Assembly: GCA_973895155.1 (NCBI GenBank)
Contig: OZ316894.1
Coordinates: forward strand, 13,060,828-13,124,827
Direction of reading: 5' to 3'
DNA from: Marsupella aquatica
Taxonomy: Eukaryota; Plantae; Marchantiophyta
Length of the DNA stretch: 64,000 nt
Of the stretch, positions 38,375-51,300 are shown piece by piece. Under the pieces are notes generated by a model that made no database searches, was not told the DNA's origin, and was given only the letters and a program-made list of their open reading frames with translations. The position numbers and the translations under genes were made by a program. Numbering within the stretch: position 1 is the stretch's first letter; every line of letters begins with the position of its first letter.

Positions 38375-41300
38375 TGTTGTGTTCTCCATAGAATCAATCC
38401 TTCCATTCCATTTCCGAGGTGTTACATAGTGTGTCCCTAAGGACTTGGTAGTTAGGCAGTTATTCCTGCCCCTGGTAGAGTAGACATAACCCTGGGTTAT
38501 ACTAGGTCTAACTAGGGTTATAACACTCCCCCTTGGGGGTAACATTTCTGGGTAAATGATACTCCCACTTGTGTCTACTCTGTTTTATATTGAGGCCTAA
38601 GCTATTATGTCTATTTAAATGGGGATGTAACCTCATTAAAACCCCCCCTCCGCCTTTGTGGGGGGAAAGAGTGTTACCATCACCCATTTGATAGTTTGGC
38701 CTATTGCCCTTATCTTGGTCACTTTGTAACAGTAAGTGTTCTTCTTTCTGTTTTACTGGGTGTATCTTTATGATTGTCCAGTCTGGTGAACTGGTTCTTC
38801 GTAGTCGTAGAGTTCTTTGTTGTTTGTTGATGGTGTTGGATGGTATGTTCTGTGTGGTCCGAGTTGTATTCTTGCATTTCAGGTGGTTGGGCGCTCGGTC
38901 GGGCGTCCTGGCGGCAATGCTCCCCCTGAACACGAGGTAAGTGTTCTCTATGGTCTCTATTGTTCCTGCATCAACTTAGAGAAGCTTCGTAAGCCGATGG
39001 AATGTGAATGGTCTTTATGGATAGCCGGTGGTAGTGATTTTGTAAACATATCTACGTGATTCAGCTGGCTTGCTATCCATTTAACGGTAATACTGTCACC
39101 TTGTTGCTCGTGTGTGAAAAAGAATTTCAGAGCGATGTGCTTCGTCTTATCACCCTTTATGAAACCTGCCTGTATTTGGTCCACACAGGGCCTGTTATCT
39201 TCGTAGATCGGTGTGGGCGATGTCAGTTTAGTTGTACCTGTGTGTTCGCTAATGTGGTTGAGCACATGCCTGAGCCAGATGCACTCCCTGCTTGCTTCGT
39301 ATAGCGCTATGATCTCTGAGTGGTTCGAGGATGTCGTTGTTAATGTTTGTTTGCTGCTTTTCCAGGAGATCGCCGTTGTTCCTATCATAAACACGTATCC
39401 CGTCTGTGACTTTGCATCCTGCGGATCTGATAGATTGCCCGCGTCCGCGTAACCTGTTAATGTGTTGTCTGTATTTGCAGGGTAAAACAGTCCCATGTCA
39501 GTTGTGCCCTTAAGGTATCGTAAGATCCTTGTAATGCCATTCCAATGGCGAATGGTCGGCTGTGCGCTGTGACGTGCTAAGAGGTTAACTGCGAATGCGA
39601 TGTCAGGGCGGGTCTGATTTGCAAGGAACATGAGAACGCCTATGGCAGATAGGTATGGCTTGTCTGGACCAAGTAGTGGTTCGCTTTCATCTCTTTTCCG
39701 AAACATGTCTTTATGTTTATCGAGTGATCTTATGTCCATCGGGGATTTGACTGCATGAGCCTTTTGCATATGAAATTGCTTTAATATTCGCTGTGTATAC
39801 GTGGTTTGATGAAGTAGTATGCCTCTTGGTAAATGTTTGAACTGTAGGCCAAGGCAAAACGTAGTTTGCCCCAAATCACGCATTTTGAAAACTCGTTTGA
39901 GTAATTTGATGGTTTCCTGCATTATTCGACTGGTACCGAATAGGTTTAGGTCATCCACATAGATGGCAATTATAATGAATTCTTGGCCTTCTCTCTTAAG
40001 GAAGATGCATGGGGCAATATCTTGATTTTGGAAACCCATGGCGAGCATTTCAGCTTGGAATCGCTTGTACCAAGTTCGGCCACTCTGCTTCAGGCCGTAC
40101 ATGGACCTGAGCACTTGCACATCATATCGTATTCTGGCTTGAAGAGCCTTAGTTTGTCTGCCCTTGCTTATGTGGGGTTTCAATTTTATACTCTGTGAGA
40201 TACGTTGTAGTATCTCTTGATTTGAGTGGTCAAACATAGTGTCCTCTGGTTTGTGTGTTGTCGTGGGCAGTTTCTCCCCATGACAGTGTTCTTCCACCCT
40301 GTTCATTAATTCTGGTGGAGCTTCCATATGGATTGTCGTATCTAAGTGGCCGTATAAGTATGCTGTTACAATATCTAACTGATGCACGGATAATCTGTGA
40401 TGCAGTGAGAAGGATATCAGGTATCGGTAAGTAATTACGTCCATAACGGGTGAGTGGGTGAGATCGTAGTCTCTGCCTGGTATTTGAGTAAATCCCTTTG
40501 CTACTAGCCGTGCTTTATAGCATACTACCTCCCCCTGTGCATTTCTCTTTTTAATAAAGGTCCACTTGTATCCTGTCAAGTGGATGTCTTGTGGGGCTAG
40601 TGTGATCGGGCCGAATACTTGTCTGGAGATCAGGGAGTCGAGTTCCTGATTGATGGCTTTCTCCCACTCTGGCCAGTCGGATTGTCTCTGTGCTTCTTTC
40701 ACCGTCAGTGGGTCCGGTGTGTCTTCTTTTATTTGTTGTGCTATTGTATATGCAAATGTTTCGTCTGGGAAGGTACTCTTTCTATCCCATATATTGCCGG
40801 TTATATTGTAATTGATGGCGATTTCTTCGTTTGTTTCGGTAACGGGTTGGTTTGGTATAATGTGGTCGTTGTTGATTGCTGCAGGAGTGGATGTAGTTTG
40901 GGCTGAGGGCACTTGGCGCCTCTGCCATGGTTGCTTGTCAGTAGCCCCGGGTGGTCTTCCCCGTTTGGCCCTTGGCACCGAGTATTCGGCTGGTTGCTTT
41001 GTCATTTGTATACGTGATGGGGTGTTCGCTGCGGGTATGTGCGATCTTGTCACTTTTGCCGCATCTGCGAATGAATCTGGTAACTGCTCCATCATGCTTG
41101 TAAGGTGGAGTAGTCTTTGTACTTCACTGTTGGCTTGGCCCATTCTCGGGTCATTCCAGAACTCAGATTGCGTCTGCCAATTGAGTTTTGTATTGTCGTC
41201 TTTGTGTTGTTGTGATCTATCTTCTAGACTTGGGAAAGTGCTCTCGTAGAAGTGGCAGTCCATGAATCGGGCTTTAAACACGTCCGTTGTTGTTGGTTCC

Positions 41301-43968
41301 AGGTATCTGATGATGGAGGTGGAGTCTAGGCCCACATAGATGCCCATTTGTCTCTGTGGGCCTATTTTGGTTCTCTTCGGGCCCATAATCGGAACTAGGA
41401 CCTGACACCCGAATGTTCTCAAGTGGGAGACGTCGGGGATGTGTCTGAATGCTAAGTGGTGTGGAGAGGTAGAATTGAATGATGATGGTCGGTAATTGAT
41501 GAGTGTAGCTGCGTGTATTATTGCATGGCCCCATGCCGAAAGTGGTAGGTTGGTTTGCATAAGAATTGGTCTAGCTATGGTTTGTAGCCTTTTGATGAGG
41601 GATTCAGCGATCCCATTCTGAAAATGGACATGGGCGACCGGATATTGTATCTCTATGCCGGCTGATTCGCAGAACTCTTCAAAGGTCTTGGAGGTAAATT
41701 CTCCAGCATTATCTACTCGAAGAGTTCTTATTGGGAAGTTGGGGAATTGAGCTTTGAGTCTCAATATGTGCGCCAGGAGTCGGGGGAATACCATGTTTCT
41801 CGTGGATAATAGTGAGATTCTTGACCATTTTGATGATGCACAGATAATGGCCAGGAAGAAGCGGAATGGTCCGCTTGTGGGTTCAATTGGACCGCACACA
41901 TCCGCGTGGAGCCGCTCTAGGAAGTTGGGTATCCTTGTTTCAGTTGTAGGTGGGGATGGACGTAGGATCAGTTTTCCTTTGGAGCAAGCTAGGCAGGGGT
42001 TCTTCATAGCTGTTGGATGTACTGTCTGTGGTATGCCTCGGGTGTCTCTCAGTATTCGCTGGAACATTGTGGTCCCAGGGTGGCCGAGCCTTCTGTGCCA
42101 TATTTCTGTAATGGTTTCCTTATGTGGTTCTGTATGGTAGGTATGGGCTTTGGTGGTATAGAATCCCAGTGGGAGGGCTGTAAACGTTTCCTTTATCCCC
42201 GTTTGTTTGGGTGTATTTGAAGTAATGTGCAGGACTTCCTTGTTGTTCTCTATGCCCGTCTGTATATGTAAGTTATTTGCTCTAATGTCTTTAAAGCTCA
42301 AGAGGTTTCTTGTTGCCCTTGGGGCATAGATAGCCGATTGAATGTATATAACTGTGCCTCTGGGCAGGATGATTGTTGCGGGTCCAGAGCCTTCCTCGAT
42401 CTGGTGCTGGCCCATTATGGTCGTTATCTTTCGTTGTGATGGTATAATATATTTGAAGTATACTTTGTTTTGTAATATTGAGTGCGAGGTACCACTGTCT
42501 ATAATGCAGTGGTTTAGTTCGTTTATTGATGGTTGGTTTCCCGAAGTGATCATATGTATTTCTGGTAATATTTCCGCTGATTCAAGAAAGGTGCCATATG
42601 TTTCTGATTCATTTGCAGTAAGGCTTTTCTTGTATAGATCAACCAAGTGTGCTGGGGCTCTACATGTTCTTTGTGTGTGCCCTTTAGTGCCACAGCGGAA
42701 ACAAATTGATGGGTTTTCAGCGTTATCTGATTGTAATCGTTGGCTGCTGTTGTTGCGTTGCCAGGTAGGTCTCCAGTTGTATGTGCGGGGTCGTCCGTAG
42801 CCTCCTCCCTGGGATCCATTGTTGTTTCCGCCTCGTCGAGGGCCACCTCCCCGACCTCTGAATGGTCCTCGTCCTCTGAATGATCCGCGGCCTCTGGAGT
42901 TGCCTCTTAAACTTCCTCTGCCTCGGGGGTAAGTTCCTTGTTCTCGATTTGGTGCGTTGTAGTGCGCTTCTGATGGTGGCTGAGGTGGGAGAGTTCCTGG
43001 GGGTCATTGTTGGGTATTTTGTAGGAGAAGTAGTTGGTGCTTCTCGGCTAATAGCATGTGTGCTATTAGCTCCGAGTATTTGGTAAACCGCATATTCCTA
43101 TATTGCGTTGAGAGGACGAGATTAGATGAATGAAGTGTCGACAGAGTTTTCTCAATTTGTTCCTCATCAGTGACTGGTTGGCCGCAGATTGCCAACTGCG
43201 CCACTATCCGGAAAAGCTCGCTGTTGTAATCGGCAATGGACTTATGATCCTGTACGCGGAGGTTCACCCAGTCATGCCTGGCTGCTGGCAAGAAAATCAT
43301 CCGTGTGTGGTCGAATCTGGAAAGGAGTTCTTCCCATAGAACCCGGGGGTTGAATTCGTTCATGTATTGTCTCTTGAGTGAATCTGCTAGGTGGTGCCGG
43401 ATTAGAATGAGAGCTTTGGCTTTTTGCTGTAGCGTTGGGCCCGCATCCGTTATGACTGTATCCTGAAGGTCCTTGGCGGCTAGGTGTGCCTCCACATCGA
43501 GGGACCAAGAGAGATAGTTTGATCCGTCGATGTGTAGAGCCTGGAACAGTAATTTTTCAATTGAGTTTGCGGATGTCGACATGCTCCAATATAAGTTTAA
43601 TAAAGTTGTGATTTGCAATCCCCTATTCTGCGCAAGGACTTCGCTCTTGGTCGTCCCTCTTTGTCAGTTTCTCCCTCGTCGGATTGCTACTTCCGATTGT
43701 CCAAATTGTGGATCGTCCGAATTATGGATCAGAGAGAAAAATGTTGTCCGCTGTCCCTTTGGCTGACGAATTGATCGGGAGGAAAAAAAATGTGTGGAGC
43801 GCTTCGTGCTGATAACGTGTTGTGTTCTCCATAGAATCAATCCTTCCATTCCATTTCCGAGGTGTTACATAGTGTGTCCCTAAGGACTTGGTAGTTAGGC
43901 AGTTATTCCTGCCCCTGGTAGAGTAGACATAACCCTGGGTTATACTAGGTCTAACTAGGGTTATAACA
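38375..43968 (-). mobile_element. Full-length Ty1/Copia retrotransposon, Bianca lineage
   Basis: Identical 151-bp LTRs at 43818-43968 and 38375-38525. TSD GACAT, PBS at 43804-43817, PPT aagggggag. Confidence 0.96.
38957..43618 (-). CDS. Gag-Pol polyprotein (gag, CCHC, PR, INT, RT, RH) interrupted by one in-frame TGA at 43004-43006
   Basis: IDGSNYLSW gag, CFRCGTKGHTQRTC, IDSGTSH, WHRRLGHP, HADVCGP/RVDNAGEF, IYVDDL and GYADA are all in one frame. Confidence 0.92.
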
Positions 43969-43973
43969 GACAT

Positions 43974-44699
43974 GACATTGTTATGGATCCTCTATGAACT
44001 TGCTTGGCCATAATAAGAACCTGCAGCATCTCCAAGTGTCTTCTAAGGAGGATCATCATTTGTGTTTGGAATGGGAAGGACAGCTTTAGGTTTCACCAGT
44101 AACGTGATTAACACTACTGAATAACCTGGGGGAATCCTCTTGCCATGGAACGTTGTAGAACCGACCTACACTCTGCCAAATCATACTCGTGTTCCACTTT
44201 CATCAACAGCTAACAAGCCACTTTGTCCCTTAGCATTAGGTGCCTTCCCCACTTCCACCTTAGATCTTTCTACCAGCACCGATCTTGGAGGTTTGTATGA
44301 AACCTTTGACGTGGCTCTGCTCCCAGCAGCAGACTTGCTTTGTGTGCACATGCTTCCTCTCTTCACAGTAGTGACGCTAGGCTCAATAGGTTCCTATGTT
44401 GGGACTGTCACAGTAGCAGGTTCCTCACTTGGGAGTGCCATACCAACTAACTCTTTGGTTGGATTTATCACAACAAGAGGCACACCTATCGTTGACAATG
44501 ACATATTCTGCAAATCATTTATCTCTGCAATGGGATCAAGATCTACATAACACAAACCTTGCTCCACATCACATGAATCTGGCTCAATGGTATCATTGTC
44601 ACGTTTGCTGATATCCTCCTTTGCCCCAACATTGATATCATCCAATCCCTTGCCAATCTCATCCTCAACCAAACATGGTTGACTGCCCTCTGTCAAATT
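43974..44699 (-). pseudogene. Distal part of an older TE ORF that continues from 58612 (host of the nested insertions)
   Basis: Acidic, low-complexity reading. Joins 58612 across the CACTA TSD. Confidence 0.4.
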
Positions 44700-45454
44700 C
44701 ACTACTACATATTGGCCCCTTTTGCGAAGCTTTTTTTTTACGCCGGGATGGTCTTGCGATGTCATCGACTTCAGATATTTTGTGATCAAACACGCATCAC
44801 AATAAACCATGCTCACAGGTTCGCAACATGGTGTTGCGAAGCTAAATACCTTGCAATTTGTTTGAGATCGGATTGAATTCGCAACTCTTTCAGATACTAT
44901 TCGTCTCGCAAAGTATTTGTGGATCCGCGACCATCACGATTGCATTTGGATCTCTTTTGTTTCATAATTTAGCGATAATAATGTACTCAAATATATATTG
45001 TGAACCTATTAGCTTCGCACAATATTGTGAAGCATAAATAGTCGCAAGTTACCGAATCCAGTTGATTCGCAAAGTTGAGAACACATTGGCATCACAATTA
45101 CCGATGGTGTGTTATTCACAAAGTGTTCAGAAGTTGCTTCTTGACAAGCTTGAAAATGTTTTGCAAAGAGAGTTGTTTGAAAATTTTGTAGAATGGAAAT
45201 GTTTGAGAGAGTTTCTTTACAAGATGGAGAATGCATGTGTTTAGGTTACAGCTAGGGTTTTCAAAAAGGTGGCATGCATGAGGATAGCTTTGGAAACGGC
45301 TAAGGTTGCATATATAATAGTGAGATGAAATTTCAAAGTCCAATTAAGTGTTTGCAAAACAAAAGAAGAAAAGTAATATGTTAATATAAATAAAACCATG
45401 ATAGTTAGTTTAGGGTCAAATTCTGGGCCCACAACAAGTTTTACTACTAGTGCA

Positions 45455-48400
45455 TCAAACCTGGTCCTCATCCTCGCCTCCATTTGACACAATAATAACG
45501 TCAGGTTTTTCCGAGATAATGGAACGGGACCGTGGCACATACGGTATAACAACTGACCACTCTAGGTCTGGTGGGTACGGAATATAGAAACACTGCTCAA
45601 GGTGACTTGGGAATGTAAATGGTTCAGATGTTTGCCAATGAGATGGTTGAAAGCTAGTTGCTGATGTCTTCAGTCGAGTAAACCCACACTCATCAAGAAG
45701 TACCGTGCGATTATCACCAACCAGGTGAATTTTGAACCACTTACACTTGAAGACATACTCTTCAAATTTGGAATCGGCATCATAGGATATGATCAAGATC
45801 TCCTCAATCTTCCCATAGTGAGGCACCACATCTCTGATCACATTAGTGTCATGACGGCTACTTTGTGAATCTTGCATGAACTGCCCTTGAACTCCACAAT
45901 CAAAAGTTCTTCCCCTCTTCTCATCAAGGTCAGAAATCCTGAAATGCCTCCCTTGTGTCCACATTGCTGTTCTGGTTTGAACAAGTCTTAAAGGACCATG
46001 AACAATTGTTCGAACCTCAGGAGTCATATCTGGAAAATGTGATACATTCTCACCTTGGGCCACCATAGCATCCAACTGAAGTACTTTCTCCTTCATATAC
46101 TCAAGGAACTTTGGAAAGATCCTTGGGCGACGACTCTCCCTCTTTGCATCCTCATAAAACTCTCTCCAATCTTCCATCACATTGTTGTTACTCAACATGA
46201 AAGTACTAACCTGTGTCAACTCCACTGCGGTTAGTAAGCGTGTTTTTTTGCACTTGTTAAACGGTCCTCCTCCACTTCCCTCTCTTCCATCCAAGTGCGT
46301 GGAAAACTAGGATCAATGGTAGCTAAGTTGTTACTACAATAAAACATACTCTCAGCTGCCAAGTATCCAGTTGCCATGCTCCCCTCCACTCGTGCACGGT
46401 TCCGTACATAAGCCTTTAACACGGCCATATACCTTTCCAGCCAATACATCCACCTACAATGCACCAGACCGGCAATGGCAACCTCCCTCACAAGATGAAC
46501 GAGAAGATGCACCTGACAATCAAAGAAGGAAGGAGGGAGGGCCTTCTCCAACTTGCATACCACCTCTGCTGCCAATACCTCCATCCGTGGTATCTCTTCT
46601 TCATATATTTCCTTTGAGCATATCCATCTCAACAAAGTGCCCAGTGACCAAAGGGCGTCTTGCACTTCTTCACTCCCCAAACCTATGATTGCCACAGGAA
46701 GTATATGTTGTAGTAAACGATGATAGTCATGTGTCTTGAGATACATTGGCCATTTATGACTGTCCTCCATCCCAAAAGCCTTACGTAGATTGGCACCATA
46801 GCCTGTAGGAAACCGCATCTGCCCTATGCGTTGTCGAAACTCTCTTCTTTCACCAACACTCAAAACCCATGGAGCTGAAGGACGATGTTCCATCCCTGTG
46901 GATTCATCAACTGTTATCCATACATCTGGATGTCGTTCTAGATCCTGGCATGCCTCCCTAAAATTAATGTTCTTTTCCCCATAAAAGTGCTTGATCAAAG
47001 CCTTCCCAACATTTCCCTCTATATGCATGGGGTCTAACAAGTGATGAATCTTCAACTCAGGCCAATAGGGCAAAGTGGCCAGTATACCCCACCTTGTCAA
47101 TCCACTACCATCAAATCCCATGGCATCTTCAGGTCTGCCACCCTATCAGCTATGGATTTCCAATACGAAAATGTTGTGCGGTCAGGTATCTCACGCTCAT
47201 CACCATTGATCATGTCAAAGTCTGAAAACAAAAGGGGGTCAGACCTCATGTGATGCCCAAGTGGAAGAAACTTGGTATGACCAAGGTAGATTATCTTGTG
47301 CAGCCATTTTGAGTACTTGGCCATATCGTGAAGGCTTGGACCACAAGTGGAGCATGCCTTGTACCCTTGAGTTTGGAACCCAGAAACAAACCCAAACCCT
47401 GCTCACAAAATAACATTCTCAATTAGAGTCAAAGGAATTGAAAAGTTCATGTACATAGAATTAAAGAGGGACTTCCTTCCAAACAAACTTGATCTCCAAT
47501 ACATGAAAAAAATACAAATCCATACCACTCACCTGGATAGTCATGCATGGTCCACATAATGATTCCCTTCAATTGGAAGACACGTGGTAACCCTCCTGTA
47601 GTTTTCCGACCATCATATGCCCATACACCCCCCCATAATTTATGGAGTTCCCCAACCAAGAGCGCCAAGTAGGTGTCCATGTTTTTTACCTTAGATGGAC
47701 CTGGGATAATCAATGATAGCAATAAGAATCCCTTTTTCATGGACAACCATGGGGGAAGGTTGTAATTCATAACAACCACCGGCCAAACCGAAGTAGGGCG
47801 CCCTTTCCCTCCAAGGGAGTGTGGGCTTACCCCATCTGATGCCAACCCCAACCTCACATGACGAGGGTCACGTGCAAATTCTGGCCATTGTGACTCCACA
47901 TGCTTGTGAGCAGGGGAATCAACTGGCAACCGCATGACACCGGCCTCTGATCGATGTGTCTTATGCCATACCATCAATTCTGCCAAGTCAGAACATCGGT
48001 ACATGTGCAACAATCGAGGAATAATAGGAAACCAACGAACAGCTTTTCTAGGCACCTTTGAGGTCAACATGTTGGTTTCATATCGAGGCTCTTGACAAAT
48101 TGGACACTCAGTTGCGCTAGCATTGGTCTCATGATAGAGAATGCAGTCATTCACACAAGCATGAATGATATGGTATTCCATGCCAATGGATGATAAAACC
48201 CTCTTTGCCTCCTTCCAAGTTCCTGGCAACATATTTTCACTAGGTAACAAGAGATCATGGCAAATTGGAAACAAATCCGATAGTAGCGCATTGCTTGCCT
48301 TGTGTTTTGCCTGAAGATTCATCAATGCCAAGATGGCAGATAGTCTATTCAAACGAGCACCCCCATAAATAGGTGTTCTAGCATGTGCCTCAGCTTCTTC

Positions 48401-50033
48401 CCATTGTTTTTGTCCTTCAGGTGTACATTGAGGCCTTGGATCATGTGCAACATTTGGTGGAGGGTCTCCTTCATTGGGTGGGACACCTCCTTCACCACCA
48501 ATGTCTACACCAAACCAATCTGTCATGAAGTCATCCATGGCTGACTCTTGGTCTTGCATGACCTCATAATCTGTCCGAGGTGCCCCTTCATCTGGACTGT
48601 CATTATCATTGTCACTTGATGAGGAATCTGCTGATGATGTTTCCCCGTCTTGTGGCAAGCCCATTTCTTGATATGTAGCTCTCAACCTCCTTGGCAACAT
48701 ATCTTGACTAGGCCGCACATTCTATAGACAATACAATAAAGTATTCACAATGAAATTAACGCCAAATATAGTAGTGCTCAAAACATATTATTAACAATAT
48801 AAAAAGAACATGTCATTACAAAACATACGTTCACATACGATGAACGTATAATACATGTCCCTAAAGTAATCCTAATCCCATTCATAATGTGTAAACAACT
48901 CCTCTCCAGCCAGAATGGTCCTATTAGCTACAACTAGACAATGGTCATGATGATATCTCTGCCCATAAGGGGCTAGAGGGGGACCATCAACAAAAACCCA
49001 TTCACAGTTTTTCCTACGCTTAGGCCGGGTCCCCACAGTACTGTTGATGAAACCGGCAATATTCCCACTACGGATGGGATCACCATCAATTATACGCTGG
49101 TCACAATACTTTCTGGTGCAACCATCAAAAGTATCCATGTCCAATGCATAAGTCTTCCACTCAGGGTGTTGAACAAGGATCATGTTCCAATGTCTCCTCT
49201 TGTAAATGGGTCCACCATACGGGAACAACGTTGGTCCATCTGAAGAGCGCCCTTTTCCACCCATATCATCCACAATAATGTCCTGACAAGAGAAAATCCC
49301 ATACCCATGCCTCTCCCCTAGGGTCGAACTCTTGACAACCCAACGTCTTCCCCAAACTTCTATCTCCTCACCATAGGTTATATCACATGGCAAACCAAGG
49401 CACTCCGGATTCCAATCCTTTATGATAGGAACACACTTCCCTGTGAAGGTACAAGGGCCCCATCTACCATCAACCCTACAAGTGTACTGATCCACTTCCC
49501 CTCTAGGCTGTCTTTTTGACTTTTTTTTCCCTCTTGTAACAATACCGTCACCCTTAATTGTCCCAACACTACCTTGCCCTGCTGCCACTAAACGAAAAGC
49601 TTGTGAAAGTGCCGAGCCTATAGCATCTAGAACTCCTTGTGAGGGAACATAGGGTGTTGGTGTAGTGGGTGTAGGCCTACTGGATACCTATAGGAAGAAA
49701 TGGAACCAAGTGAGTGTGATGAACCTCCCAAATTTTATTTTATGCTACCTAGCAAGATTTACAAAATAAAATGGAAATCACAGTAAGTTTACAACTCACC
49801 ATACGGGATGAAGAAGCTCCCGGTGTAAGACCTCGATGTTGGCCATATCGAGCAATGTGCTCCGCACATACATATGACTTTTGGACAACCATCCCCACAC
49901 ATTTTTTACAACCACAAAGTTGGCGTGGTGGACCACTAGGTCGACGTACGGTTGGTTCAGGTTGAGGAGGAGGATGACTTTCTTCATCGGAAGAGGAATC
50001 TGATGTGGTGGAAGTTGTAGAGGATGAAGACAT
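45455..50033 (-). pseudogene. CACTA TnpD/Tnp2 transposase (TAD, Transposase_21, DUF4218, DUF4216), two frameshifts
   Basis: Exons 50033-49800, 48721-47533 and 47398-45455. Motifs CGCKKC..HIARYG, IHACVNDCILY, RLGLASDG, YNLPPW, MHDYPG, LDPMHIE and WMYWLERYM. Frameshifts near 47120 and 46245. Confidence 0.9.
48872..49687 (-). CDS. SET-domain lysine methyltransferase-like exon inside the CACTA transposase gene
   Basis: Open frame with VKSSTLG..GYGIF, LFPYGG, IDGD..GNIAGFINS, and VVANRTILAGEELFTHY. The acceptor ttcctatag (ending 49688) is in phase with exon 50033-49800, giving ~349 aa. Confidence 0.82.
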   Translation of the reverse strand, partial: VSSRPTPTTPTPYVPSQGVLDAIGSALSQAFRLVAAGQGSVGTIKGDGIVTRGKKKSKRQPRGEVDQYTCRVDGRWGPCTFTGKCVPIIKDWNPECLGLPCDITYGEEIEVWGRRWVVKSSTLGERHGYGIFSCQDIIVDDMGGKGRSSDGPTLFPYGGPIYKRRHWNMILVQHPEWKTYALDMDTFDGCTRKYCDQRIIDGDPIRSGNIAGFINSTVGTRPKRRKNCEWVFVDGPPLAPYGQRYHHDHCLVVANRTILAGEELFTHYEWD

Positions 50034-50464
50034 CTGACAAGTGTAGCAATTGGAAGGCGATTAGTAAAAACTTCACCAAAACCATCATTGATAATCCCTA
50101 CCTAAACATATTAAAAAGAATTGACAGAAAAATACCTTTATGAGACCCGGGCTTAGCAATGCCTTGACGGATCTTGTGGCTCAAATTTCATGAACCAAAT
50201 CTGGAAGGAGGGGAAAATCTGCCAATATACAATGAATTAAGCCATGCCTTATGGTGAACCAGAAAAAAAGGATGATAGATTGTAACCCTCCATATTTACA
50301 GCAATGACTAGAAATGCATGAGAAAATGTTATACCTTTCAGATGCCCGGGCTCTCGCAAGGCATTATCATGCATTAGCCAAAACTTTAAAAAACATGGGG
50401 AAGTGCCCTACAACGCCAAAGAGTTTTCCTCTCCATGTTAATGAGATAGACAAAGAAATATAAG

Positions 50465-51300
50465 TAACCCAAACCCTACCCTAAACCCAAACCATGAAAT
50501 GAAACCCTTCATTAAAACCTAACCCAAATCCCTCAATCACCCTAAACCCTTACCCTTATCCTAACCAATACCCAAATCCCTCATTAAAAATTCAAACCTT
50601 TACCCTAAACCCAAACCCCTACCCTAAACCCAAACCATGAAATGAAACCCTTCATTAAAACCTAACCCAAATCCCTCAAGCACCCTAAACCCTTACCCTT
50701 ATCCTAACCAATACCCAAATCCCTCATTAAAATTTCAAACCTTTACCCTAAACCCAACCCAAATCCCCCAATTACATATAAAACTCTTACCCTATCTACA
50801 CCTTACTTTACCTATATAGGCCAACCCCCACCCCTATAGTTATTCTAAACTTCACCCTAACCCCTAAATTGAGGCCCTTTTTTAAAACTTAAGCAAAAAT
50901 TGTACCCCCTCAATTAGAACCAAATCCAACCCTATATCATGTTACACCCCAACCCAAACACTTACATTAGAAACCCAACCCCTTTAAAAAAACCACAATT
51001 AAACCCCCCAACTAAAAACCAAACCCAATCCCTTTAAAAAACAACCACAATTCAACCCCTCAACTAAAACCAAACCCAACCCCTGTAATTACTCACAACC
51101 TAATGCAAACCTCTACCTTGAACCCTAAGCCAAACCCATTAATTTAAACCCAACCCTTTTATTCCAACCTAACCCAAGTTTTAACCCCCTTAATTAAACC
51201 AAATACTCCTAGATTAAAACCAAATATAAACCTAACCTTTAATTAAACCCAAACCTTTGTTAACTTATATTCTAGTTATCCTTACAACCCAAACATCCAT
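50465..51300. repeat. Telobox-like (AAACCCTA/AAACCC) degenerate array with a ~142-bp tandem duplication
   Basis: 50468-50610 is repeated at 50610-50760. The C/A-rich tract lies between the two divergent CACTA genes. Confidence 0.8.

Noticed and set aside
40812-42800. Plus-strand ORFs of 128-152 aa
   Set aside because: Antisense shadows of the Copia pol frame.
43004-43006. Programmed gag-pol readthrough at CAA-TGA-C
   Set aside because: The stop lies upstream of the gag zinc knuckle, at a position where Arg (CGA) is expected, so CpG deamination is simpler.
50465-51300. True or interstitial telomere
   Set aside because: The repeats are highly degenerate and sit inside a TIR-bounded CACTA.
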